In this document: one piece after another, positions 34,899 to 43,291 of the stretch
Numbering within the stretch: the first letter of the stretch is position 1
Layout of the letters: each line of letters begins with the position of its first letter
Source of the DNA: Acutalibacteraceae bacterium
GTDB taxonomy: Bacteria; Bacillota; Clostridia; Oscillospirales; Acutalibacteraceae
Length of the DNA stretch: 64,000 bases
NCBI GenBank assembly: GCA_045544055.1
Contig: JAZPYF010000045.1
Coordinates: forward strand, 13,597-77,596
Reading direction: 5' to 3'
Translations under genes and position numbers: made by a program
The notes under the pieces: generated by a model
The model's input: only the letters and a program-made list of their open reading frames with translations
The model's database searches: none
What the model was told of the DNA's origin: nothing

Positions 34899-36719
34899 AT
34901 GAAAAAGAATAAGCTTTTGATGAGGATTATTTCATTTGCGGTTGTTGCAGCGATGCTTTCCGGAATATTCTCGGCATCGGCAGTTATGCCGACCCCCGAA
35001 AAAGAGTACGATATGCTTCCGGTTATATACGTTACGGGCTTTGGCGCAACAACTCTTGCCGAGCATAATGCTGACGGCAGTGTAGAAGCTGTATTTCCGC
35101 CGAGCATAGATTCAATTCTCGATTATCTCGGCGACAATATTTTCAAAATATTTATCGGACTGTTTGAAACCATTTTTATGAATAAAACAGAAAAGCTGGC
35201 GGCTTCGCTTGCTCCTCTTATTCTTGATATCGTCGATGCTATGGCACTGAACCCTGACGGAACTTCAAAGCACCCGAACGTCGGACCGATCGTATCCGGT
35301 GCAAAGAATACGTCGCTTGAAGCCTTTACAAAAAAAGGAATGCTTGCCTATGTACCCTATACAGGCTCCGAATTTCTCGATATGGAATGTGTCGGCGATA
35401 TAATCGGTGACGATAAGGTGTTTAATTTTACATATGATTGGCGTTTCAGCCATATTGACAATGCTGAGCTTTTCCGTGAATACGTTATGGAAGTGCTTGA
35501 GCTTACGGGTGCCGAAAAGGTTAACGTTTATTCAATCAGCCAGGGCGCGCTTATTGTAGGAGCTTACCTTTACAGCCACGCTGAGGATGGATTTATAAAT
35601 AGCATTTTCTTCGATACACCGGCGCTTGAAGGTACTGACCTCGTATCTGCAGTTTTCGGAATTGAGGATATTACAATCAATACCGCACCTCTTGGTCCGC
35701 TGCTTTCGCAGATTCTTCACATGGAGTTTGACCTCAGCCCGATTCTTTCGGTTCTTCCTGTTGATTTCATTAATCTTGCCTTTGACTACGGTAGGAGAGA
35801 CCTCATTCTTCCCGATGTTATTTACGGAATTGCTTTCTGGGATATGCTGCCCACGAGCGAGCTTACAAAGCTTCAGGAGCATTGGCTTGACCCTGCTGAG
35901 AGCGCAAGAGTAATTGAAAAGACAAATGAGCTTCACTACGGATTTATGTCTCACATTAAAGAAACCTTTGATAAGGCAGAGGCAAACGGCGCGAAAATAA
36001 CTATTAAGAGCGGCTACGGTATACCGATGATTATCGGAAATGACGATAATTCCGATGCTATTGTTAATCTTAAGTATTCCTGCGGTGCGACCTGTGCACC
36101 TCTGGGCAGTAAATTTGATGACAGCTATACTCAGGTAAAGAACGGTGTCTATGCTGTATCGCCCGATAGGACAATCGACCTTTCGACCGCCTACTATCCG
36201 GAAAGAACGTGGATAATCCGTAACAATGTTCACGGTCAGGCAGAATGGGATTCACGCTCATTCAAGTTTATTGTAACTCAGCTTATGACCGAGGGCGTCA
36301 AGGATGCGTATTCATCATATGAATTTCCGCAGTTTATGGAGAGCATGGCACCCAATGATAAGGTGACAATGTCATTCACCTCAACCAACAGCAGCTTCCT
36401 TGCCTATGATGAGAGCGGCGAATATATGGGCAAGGTAAAAATTACAAACCTCTCTCTTGAGGATACGATGTATGTAAGCTCAATTGCTTCGGATTACAAT
36501 GCTCTCAAATTTGCGTTTGACAAAACGCTCAGGCTCAAGCCCGGTGAAAGTGTCGAGATTACAATTCTCAACGCACCCGGCGGCAGTGACGTAACCAAAA
36601 TGACCTTTGCAAATGTTACTCTTACATATAGAACGGGTCTGCTTTCAAAGGCTCAGTCTGCCGGCTTCGGCGTTACGATGATTTCTGCCGATGATTATGC
36701 AGGCGTTATCCAAAAATAA
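34899..36719 (+). CDS. secreted LCAT-family (lecithin:cholesterol acyltransferase-like) lipase/acyltransferase, paralogue 1
   Basis: 606 aa. Signal peptide MKKNKLLMRIISFAVVAAMLSGIFSASA, LCAT-type motif FTYDWRF, nucleophile region VYSISQGALIV. GGAGGA RBS. Confidence 0.6.
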   Translation: MKKNKLLMRIISFAVVAAMLSGIFSASAVMPTPEKEYDMLPVIYVTGFGATTLAEHNADGSVEAVFPPSIDSILDYLGDNIFKIFIGLFETIFMNKTEKLAASLAPLILDIVDAMALNPDGTSKHPNVGPIVSGAKNTSLEAFTKKGMLAYVPYTGSEFLDMECVGDIIGDDKVFNFTYDWRFSHIDNAELFREYVMEVLELTGAEKVNVYSISQGALIVGAYLYSHAEDGFINSIFFDTPALEGTDLVSAVFGIEDITINTAPLGPLLSQILHMEFDLSPILSVLPVDFINLAFDYGRRDLILPDVIYGIAFWDMLPTSELTKLQEHWLDPAESARVIEKTNELHYGFMSHIKETFDKAEANGAKITIKSGYGIPMIIGNDDNSDAIVNLKYSCGATCAPLGSKFDDSYTQVKNGVYAVSPDRTIDLSTAYYPERTWIIRNNVHGQAEWDSRSFKFIVTQLMTEGVKDAYSSYEFPQFMESMAPNDKVTMSFTSTNSSFLAYDESGEYMGKVKITNLSLEDTMYVSSIASDYNALKFAFDKTLRLKPGESVEITILNAPGGSDVTKMTFANVTLTYRTGLLSKAQSAGFGVTMISADDYAGVIQK

Positions 36720-36736
36720 AATTCTGATATGTTGAT

Positions 36737-36772
36737 AAAGAGCAGCGGTGTTCCGTTGCTCTTTATTTTTTT
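36737..36772 (+). terminator. rho-independent terminator after the 606-aa lipase-like gene
   Basis: Stem AAAGAGCAGCGG / CCGTTGCTCTTT (one G-U pair) followed by ATTTTTTT. Confidence 0.75.
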
Positions 36773-36929
36773 GACAAATCGCACAAAAAAACGCACGAAA
36801 TTTCGTCAGCGTCAGCGGCATTTGGCGGCGGTTTTATATTTGAAATATAATTCTTTTTATGGTAATATATAATTTATAGTGAAAGTGTATTCTTTCGCAT
36901 ATATTTTAATCGGAAAGGACTAACCCAAA

Positions 36930-38075
36930 ATGAAAAAATTCTTATCAGTTCTTCTGGCAGCCATTATGGTTGTTGTTTGCTGCGTACCTGCTTTCGCAGC
37001 AGAGTCACTCTATCCTCTTCAGTTTAATAAGGATGGCGATTTCAAAATCCTCCACATCACAGACTGTCAGGATGAGTATCCCGCAAGCGAAACAATGCTT
37101 CAGTTCATCGAGCATTGCCTTAAAAAGTACGACCCTGACCTTGTTGTTCTCGGCGGTGACAATACCGTTGACGGTAGAGGCAAGCAGGAACAGGCCGTTG
37201 CTCAGATTGTAGAGCTTTTTGTTAAGTACGAAACATATTTCACACTTGTTTTCGGTAACCACGACCGTGAGTACGGCCCTGTTGAGGAGCAGATTAAGCA
37301 CAATGCAGAGCTTCTTGGCTACTATCAGAAGCACGGCGGAAAGTATTGCCTTGCTAATGATATTTTCCCCGAGCTTACAGGTGTAGGTACACACTGCCTT
37401 CCCGTTCTTTCAAAGGACGGAAAAAATGTTGCTTACAACCTCTTTATGTTCGATTCCGGTACAAGCGGTTATAAAGACCCAGCAATCTCAGAAGAAGTAG
37501 GTTATGATTGCGTACATCCCGACCAGATCGAATGGTACAAGACTATAAGCAAGGCAGCTAACGTTCCCTCAATGGCATTCCAGCACATCATTGTCGGTGA
37601 GATTATGGATGTCTTCTACAAAGAAAAGAAGGACGTTGCAATCAGCTTTGACAGCAAGTTCTGCAACGGCAAGGAATATGACCTTACAGTAGCAGATTTC
37701 TCCGCTATCAAAGACGGTATGCTCCTTGAGCCTCCCTGCCCCGGTGTTGTAAACTACGGTCAGTTCGATGCACTTGTTGAGTGCGGCACAGTTGCTGTTT
37801 TCTCAGGTCACGATCATGTTAACACATTTACAGTTGAGTATAAGGGCGTTGATATCGTCAACACTCCCGGTTGCACATTTAACTCCTACGGTCAGGATTA
37901 TAACAGAGGCGCACGTCTCATCACTATCCACGATGATACAAAAGCATATGATTCCGAGGTTATCCTCCTTGCAGAAGAAGCAATGGACAGCGAATTTATC
38001 GAGCTTAATTTCTTCAGCAAGATCTTCGGCATTATGATCAACAAGATCATCCTTGCTTTCTTTGACCTTTTCTGA
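36930..38075 (+). CDS. secreted calcineurin-like metallophosphoesterase
   Basis: 381 aa. Signal peptide ending PAFAAES. Motifs ILHITDCQD, GGDNTVDG, FGNHDRE, FSGHDHVN. Confidence 0.8.
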   Translation: MKKFLSVLLAAIMVVVCCVPAFAAESLYPLQFNKDGDFKILHITDCQDEYPASETMLQFIEHCLKKYDPDLVVLGGDNTVDGRGKQEQAVAQIVELFVKYETYFTLVFGNHDREYGPVEEQIKHNAELLGYYQKHGGKYCLANDIFPELTGVGTHCLPVLSKDGKNVAYNLFMFDSGTSGYKDPAISEEVGYDCVHPDQIEWYKTISKAANVPSMAFQHIIVGEIMDVFYKEKKDVAISFDSKFCNGKEYDLTVADFSAIKDGMLLEPPCPGVVNYGQFDALVECGTVAVFSGHDHVNTFTVEYKGVDIVNTPGCTFNSYGQDYNRGARLITIHDDTKAYDSEVILLAEEAMDSEFIELNFFSKIFGIMINKIILAFFDLF

Positions 38076-38107
38076 TTTTCTGTTTATAAGATAGGATTTG
38101 ATGTTTG

Positions 38108-39058
38108 ATGAAATCAAAGATTAAACACAAAATTCTTGCGGTTGTCTGTGTGGTTTGTCTTGTGTTTGCGGCGGCTGTTGTTGCCGTTCGCGCTGCACAG
38201 CCCAATCCTGTTTTCACTGTAAACGGTGCAAGTCAGCTTCACCCGGGTGAAGAAGTGAATGTTGCCGTAACGGTCAACAATAATAAGGGCTACTGCGCGG
38301 CAGAGTTTGTGCTTAGCTACGATTCCGATGTTCTCACGCCTGTCGGCGTTGAGGCAGGTGATGCCGCAAGCGAGTATTTTTCTGCAAACCCGAACTATGC
38401 TGACGGCAAGGTTTACTTTACCGTTATTGACGATTCGCTGATGACTGCGGGCGGCACAGTTGCCAATATCCGCTTCAAGGTTGACGAAAACGTTGTTCTT
38501 TACAGCGGTGACCTTAATCTCAAGGTTTCCTCAATCGTCGGCAACGTTGTTTTCGGCTATTCGTTCCTGCCTGTTAAGGCTACTGTTGCTCCGGGTGAAA
38601 TCCACGCCGCAAAGCAGATTTTTGTTCCCGATGCAGCAGACCCGACTAAGGATGAGCAGCTCTCCGTCAAGGCGGATAGCGGCAGATATGTTATTGGTGC
38701 TACAACCTATGCAAACCTTACACAGGCTGAGCTTGCTGATAATTTCGGCTCGCTCAAGGTTGAGTTCTTCTCTGCAAATGGTGCGGCTCTCAGCACATCT
38801 GCTCTGCTTTCTACCGGTTGCAGAATCAAGGTTGTTGACGGCGACACAAGCAACACGCTTGTAATGAGCGTCAAGGGCGATGTTGACGGTAACCTTTCTA
38901 AGGATGCCAACGATGCTTTCCTCGTCGGTATGTTTGAAAGCGGAATGCTCAGCGCTGACAATGCAGATACCGCATACGCAGATGCGGCAGATATCAACGG
39001 CGACGGAGTTGTTGACAGCAGCGACTTCAATGCCGCTATGACCGAATCACTTAAGTAA
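38108..39058 (+). CDS. small scaffoldin-like adaptor: N-terminal anchor/signal, one cohesin module, C-terminal dockerin
   Basis: Cohesin-like FTVNGASQLHPGEEVNVAVTVNNNKGYCAAEFVLSYDSDVLTPVGVEAGD...GTVANIRFKV. Dockerin repeats GDVDGNLSKDANDA and ADINGDGVVDSSDF. Starts 30 nt after the phosphoesterase gene. Confidence 0.75.
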   Translation: MKSKIKHKILAVVCVVCLVFAAAVVAVRAAQPNPVFTVNGASQLHPGEEVNVAVTVNNNKGYCAAEFVLSYDSDVLTPVGVEAGDAASEYFSANPNYADGKVYFTVIDDSLMTAGGTVANIRFKVDENVVLYSGDLNLKVSSIVGNVVFGYSFLPVKATVAPGEIHAAKQIFVPDAADPTKDEQLSVKADSGRYVIGATTYANLTQAELADNFGSLKVEFFSANGAALSTSALLSTGCRIKVVDGDTSNTLVMSVKGDVDGNLSKDANDAFLVGMFESGMLSADNADTAYADAADINGDGVVDSSDFNAAMTESLK

Positions 39059-39071
39059 AAAGCTATAAAAA

Positions 39072-39116
39072 TAAAAATCAGCGATTATTCTTTGATGAAT
39101 TTTCGCTGATTTTTTG
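39072..39116. terminator. bidirectional terminator between the adaptor gene (+) and the WG-repeat gene (-)
   Basis: 10-bp stem AAATCAGCGA / TCGCTGATTT, with an A-run before and a T-run after. Confidence 0.75.
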
Positions 39117-39123
39117 TTTGAAT

Positions 39124-40524
39124 TTAGGCGGCTTTTTCTGTTTTGATTATAAGGTTCAGTTCGCTGTCATATACCTCTGTCCTGTCATCATAAACAACCG
39201 TGAGGTATATTCTGCCGTTGTGGTTCTTTATTTCGCAGTAGTTGCAGTTCGTGAAAACAAATTCCTGCTTGTTGTAATCGTAAACTCTGTATTTGCCTGT
39301 GTAAACGTTGTCGCCTATGTACTCAAGGTCGGCTACGGTGAGCAGGCCGCAGTCTTCTGCTGTGGTGACGGTTTTCCATTCGTCTTTCTTGCAGGGCAGA
39401 GTTAAAAGCTGCTTGTGCGTCTGAGCATTGTAATACGTGCGTGTGCCGTCATCGTCAATGTAGCAGTATGCGCCGTCAAAATCCTCGGTGTAAGCGGTGT
39501 CGCTTCGCTCACTTAACAGCTTACCGTTTTCATCGCAGAAAAGTATTCTGCCGCTCAACTCGTCTGTTGCGGTAAAGCAGCCGAGGTTTTCCGAATATGC
39601 TGTGGCATTCAAACCTTTGCAGGATATGATTTCGTCTGTAAAGGCATCACGGAAAAATTCATCGGGTGCACTCATATGCGAATAGAATTTTATGAGCTTA
39701 CCGTTAATCTCAAAAAAGTAATTCATAGCAGACAGCGATAAGGTGTCACATTCTCTTTCACGCAGCAGCTTCAGCTCGGAATCATAAATATATTCTTTAG
39801 TATTATCTGTTGCAATAAAATATTTGCCGCCAACTGTCTGTATATCGTTATAAACGGGCTCGAGCAGCCATTTTCCGTCAGCAGAAATTATGCCGTAGCC
39901 CTCTTCTCTGTTGTATGCGGCAACTGCTTTGTTTGTCACAAACGGACCGCAGTAGTCAAACCTTTCAAATACCGTCTGACCGTTTTCGTCGCACACGGTC
40001 ATATAGTTATCCTCGCTTAAAAAGTCATATATTACGAGCAGTCCGTTGTAAAAGCATTTGCCGTCTGTATCAACTGTCTGGTATTCGTTGCCCGAAAAGA
40101 GCAGGTTTCCGCCGTAATCGTAAACATTAAACGGCTGTTCAAACTGCTGGCAGATTATTCTGTTTTCGGAAAGTGACATTATGTTGTCTTTCAGCTCAAG
40201 TCTGAAACTTCCGTCAGAGGATACCAGCAGAGAGTTGTGGCAAATCGGCTCCCAGTCTCCCTCCAGAATTTTCAGGCAGTAATATGTTTTATCTTCTACC
40301 TGAAAGGTCTGGTATGAGTTATAGATAGGCTGAGCAACCTGCTTTCCGTCGGTTGTCATAAGTCCGTAGGCTCTGCGCGGTATATAGCCGTTCTCTTCTT
40401 CACACGTGTAATCTGCCATATACGGTACAAGCTCGGTTGTGCTGCTTTCGGGCTTTTCGGTGCAGCCTGCAAAGCTGAATAAAACCAAAATCACAAGCAG
40501 AGCGGATGTAAGTTTTCTTAACAT
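39124..40524 (-). CDS. WG-repeat-containing lipoprotein
   Basis: Lipobox LFSFAGCT after MLRKLTSALLVILV. Repeated DGK(W/Q)..P.Y motifs such as DGKWLLEPVYNDIQ and DGKQVAQPIYNSYQ. Start ATG 40524 (AGGGGG 8 nt upstream), with a TTGACT-N18-TATAAT promoter upstream. Confidence 0.6.
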   Translation of the reverse strand: MLRKLTSALLVILVLFSFAGCTEKPESSTTELVPYMADYTCEEENGYIPRRAYGLMTTDGKQVAQPIYNSYQTFQVEDKTYYCLKILEGDWEPICHNSLLVSSDGSFRLELKDNIMSLSENRIICQQFEQPFNVYDYGGNLLFSGNEYQTVDTDGKCFYNGLLVIYDFLSEDNYMTVCDENGQTVFERFDYCGPFVTNKAVAAYNREEGYGIISADGKWLLEPVYNDIQTVGGKYFIATDNTKEYIYDSELKLLRERECDTLSLSAMNYFFEINGKLIKFYSHMSAPDEFFRDAFTDEIISCKGLNATAYSENLGCFTATDELSGRILFCDENGKLLSERSDTAYTEDFDGAYCYIDDDGTRTYYNAQTHKQLLTLPCKKDEWKTVTTAEDCGLLTVADLEYIGDNVYTGKYRVYDYNKQEFVFTNCNYCEIKNHNGRIYLTVVYDDRTEVYDSELNLIIKTEKAA

Positions 40525-40616
40525 AAAAAATCCCCCTTTCATCTGCATTATAAGCAAAATGAAAAGGGGAAGTCAATAATACTTACAGCATTGTAACGCT
40601 GATTACGGTTTTGTAA

Positions 40617-42053
40617 TCAGAAGTGGGAGAGATTCTGCTCGCCGTCAGCAAACAGGAACTGGGGATAGAGAATGTTTGAGCTTACCGTGGGTTGACCCTC
40701 AAAGCTGAGCAGGTAGAAGAGCATATCTGCTACGTCAGAGCCGCAGCGGCAGGGAACGTGAGGTGCGCCCTCTATGAACCATGTGTTGTCGGGCAGCAGA
40801 CAGGTAGAAGCGTCAATAACTCTGTCGGGTGAGAGCTTTGCAGGGTCAGCAGCAACATAGTCATCGCCGAGAGTTTTGCCGAAGGGAGCGATTGTTGCGC
40901 CTGCGGACATAAGCTCCGATTCGAGGATTGCATCGCCGTTGACATAGGCTCTTTCATAAACAGGAATAACGGGTGAGCCGTAGGCGGTAATGATTGTAAC
41001 GCTTACGCCGTCAGCCATCATCTTCTTGATAAACTCATCTCTGCCGAGTCTGAACTTCTGGAATTTGTCAATGCGCTTGATAAGACCTGAGTAGTTCTCA
41101 ATATCGTCACCGAATACAAACTTCTTTGCATCCTCGTATTCATCAGCCTGAGTCATAGCCCAGAGGCCGGGCATTGTGCCGAAGGAATCACGCATTGTTT
41201 CTTCGTAAATCTGTTCCTTATAGTTTTCTGTGAGGTTGTTTGCAAAGCCGAGCAGAGAATCTGTAATGCCTGTTTTGTCGAGGATTGTCCAGAGTACATT
41301 CATATCGGGCAGAGTGTGGTAAAGGAAGTTGTTGAGAAGCTCCTTATCAAAGCCGACCTTGCCGCTGAGTGCATCGGATGCGACGTATGAGCCGTATATT
41401 GTAGAGGAAAGGAACATACAGCTGTCAACCTTGGAGTAGCCGTATTCATCGAGATATGCAAGCGTCATAACTCCGCCGAGGCTGCAGCAGATGATGTCAA
41501 CCTTTTTGCAGCCGTGGTCCTTGAGTGCAAGGTTTACAGCGGCATCAATTTTCTTTGCAACTGTGTACGGGTCAAGACGCCAGTCGTATGTAACGTAGTA
41601 AACGTTCTCTGCACCGAGTCGCTCGGATGCTTCAACAACAATGCCGAGCTCGCTGTCGCCGTATGCCTTGAAGCCCTCAAGGTCTTCGGGGTAGTTGCTC
41701 ATTGCAAGCGGATATTCTTTTACGGAAACGTTTGCAACCGTGTCACCGTTTTTATTGCACGCCATATCGGCAAAAAGGTCGTTGACAAAATCGCACACCT
41801 CGTTGACAAGACCGTCTGTGCCGGTGAAGACTGTGGCAAATAAAGCCTTGAAAACAGCTGCGACAATCGGACCTGCTTCAACAGAAAGTGCAGGGCGCTC
41901 GTTTTCTGTGCCGAGGTCAACGGTAAGAGCGGTAAAATCAAGACCTCTTACTATAACGAGAGGAGTAGCCGGCTTTTTTTCGGCGGCAAATGCCGTACCC
42001 GTGCAGGTGAGCACGAGAATAACGGACAGGATAATGCAGATAAAGCGTTTCAT
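40617..42053 (-). CDS. secreted LCAT-family lipase/acyltransferase, paralogue 2
   Basis: 478 aa. Signal peptide ending GTAFAAEK, LCAT-type motif VTYDWRLDP, nucleophile region IICCSLGGVMT. Colinear with the 606-aa protein at 34899-36719. Confidence 0.6.
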   Translation of the reverse strand: MKRFICIILSVILVLTCTGTAFAAEKKPATPLVIVRGLDFTALTVDLGTENERPALSVEAGPIVAAVFKALFATVFTGTDGLVNEVCDFVNDLFADMACNKNGDTVANVSVKEYPLAMSNYPEDLEGFKAYGDSELGIVVEASERLGAENVYYVTYDWRLDPYTVAKKIDAAVNLALKDHGCKKVDIICCSLGGVMTLAYLDEYGYSKVDSCMFLSSTIYGSYVASDALSGKVGFDKELLNNFLYHTLPDMNVLWTILDKTGITDSLLGFANNLTENYKEQIYEETMRDSFGTMPGLWAMTQADEYEDAKKFVFGDDIENYSGLIKRIDKFQKFRLGRDEFIKKMMADGVSVTIITAYGSPVIPVYERAYVNGDAILESELMSAGATIAPFGKTLGDDYVAADPAKLSPDRVIDASTCLLPDNTWFIEGAPHVPCRCGSDVADMLFYLLSFEGQPTVSSNILYPQFLFADGEQNLSHF

Positions 42054-42167
42054 AAGAATTCCTCCGAATCGTGGTTGGTTTATGATGTGTATTATATTAT
42101 ATTTGAAGAATTAAATCAACAAGTAAGATAAGTACAAGTAATAAAATAAATTTTTTTGAATAAATGC

Positions 42168-42196
42168 TTGACAAATCAAAGGGAGTTGTGTATAAT
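42168..42196 (+). promoter_or_regulatory. sigma-A-type promoter for tRNA-Gly
   Basis: TTGACA 42168-42173, 17-nt spacer, TATAAT 42191-42196, 12 nt before the tRNA 5' end. Confidence 0.65.
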
Positions 42197-42208
42197 AACT
42201 AACGTTGT

Positions 42209-42284
42209 GCGGATGTAGCTCATCTGGTAGAGCGCCACCTTGCCAAGGTGGAGGTAGCGAGTTCGAGCCTCGTCATCCGCTCCA
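42209..42284 (+). tRNA. tRNA-Gly (anticodon GCC), CCA encoded
   Basis: Folded by hand. 7-bp acceptor stem GCGGATG/CATCCGC, D-arm GCTC/GAGC, anticodon stem CCACC/GGTGG with loop TTGCCAA, T-arm GCGAG-TTCGAGC-CTCGT, 3' TCCA. Confidence 0.93.
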
Positions 42285-42285
42285 G

Positions 42286-42324
42286 AAAAAACCTCTTTTG
42301 TCCCTTGACAAGAGAGGTTTTTTG
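42286..42324 (+). terminator. rho-independent terminator after tRNA-Gly
   Basis: 13-bp stem AACCTCTTTTGTC / GACAAGAGAGGTT (one G-U pair) followed by TTTTT. Confidence 0.8.
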
Positions 42325-42349
42325 CTATATAATCACACCAACAACTGAA

Positions 42350-42495
42350 AATGCCAAATGGGGTGCTGATGTTATCGGCTGAGAGTCGGGCTTGGAGTCC
42401 GTAACCCTTGAACCTGATCCGGGTAATGCCGGCGTAGGAATTTTAAGTGTTGCAGCTTATTCGCCAACAGGAGAAATTCCTTTTGGCGTTTTTTT
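42350..42495 (+). promoter_or_regulatory. TPP (THI-box) riboswitch with terminator-type expression platform
   Basis: Conserved core GGGGTGC...GCTGAGA...ACCCTTGAACCTGATCCGGGTAATGCCGGCGTAGGAA (42360-42440). Terminator CGCCAA..AGGA-loop-TCCT..TTGGCG plus T7 at 42462-42495. Upstream promoter TTGACA 42305-42310 / TATAAT 42328-42333. Confidence 0.9.
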
Positions 42496-42529
42496 GTTGC
42501 AACTTTAAGAAAAGAAAGGTGTTTTCAAA

Positions 42530-43195
42530 ATGTCAAACAGTCTCAACCGAACAGAAACCACAAAACGTCTCGCACTCAGCGGAATTATGCTTGCCATGAG
42601 TACGGTGCTCTCATTTGTCAAGGTCTTTGAATGGCCTTTCGGTGGCAGTATTACAGCCTGCTCTATGCTGCCGATTGCTATGCTGGGCTACACCTACGGC
42701 ACAAAATGGGGTCTCGTCTGCGGTCTTGTTCACGGTGTGCTCCAGGCAATAACCGGTGCAACTATGAGCTCTGCCTTTGCAGGTCAGGATGCAGGCAGCG
42801 TTGCCGCAATAGTTGCGATTGATTATCTTGTTGCGTTTGCCGTAGTCGGTGTTGCAGGTATGTTCAAGGGCAGAACAAAAAGCCACACTCTCTCCTTTGC
42901 TGCCGGTACGGCAATTGCTGTTTTCCTGCGCTATGTCGCTCACGTAATTTCAGGCTATATTTTTTACAGGTCATATGCCGATTGGTTTTTCGGTGAGGTT
43001 ATGGTCAACGAATTTTCGGCTGAGCTTATGGAAAAATGCTCTCCAAATCAGTTGGGCTTTATATATTCTGTAATTTATAATGCCGCTTATATGATTCCTG
43101 AGCTGATACTTACTACCGTTGTGGCGGCGCTTGTGATAGCGCTTATTGCCCCCGTAAGGAAAGAAATGATTAAAAACGTAGTATCACAAAAATAA
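42530..43195 (+). CDS. thiT: thiamine transporter ThiT (ECF S component)
   Basis: 221 aa, six hydrophobic helices. Lies directly downstream of the TPP riboswitch. The N-terminal TKRLALSGIMLAMSTVLSFV pattern is ThiT-like. Confidence 0.8.
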   Translation: MSNSLNRTETTKRLALSGIMLAMSTVLSFVKVFEWPFGGSITACSMLPIAMLGYTYGTKWGLVCGLVHGVLQAITGATMSSAFAGQDAGSVAAIVAIDYLVAFAVVGVAGMFKGRTKSHTLSFAAGTAIAVFLRYVAHVISGYIFYRSYADWFFGEVMVNEFSAELMEKCSPNQLGFIYSVIYNAAYMIPELILTTVVAALVIALIAPVRKEMIKNVVSQK

Positions 43196-43291
43196 TAATA
43201 GACAAATAAAGGCAAGTGTGATATACTAATAATGTTTATTTATAGCTAACGGAAGGAGTTTGCGGCAGCACGGTTGCCGCAAAACAGTAAT

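Noticed and set aside
42054-42330. Mobile element or integrase insertion at tRNA-Gly flanking the lipase island
   Set aside because: There is no integrase, recombinase or transposase ORF anywhere in the window. I found no direct repeat of the tRNA 3' end on the far side of the island.
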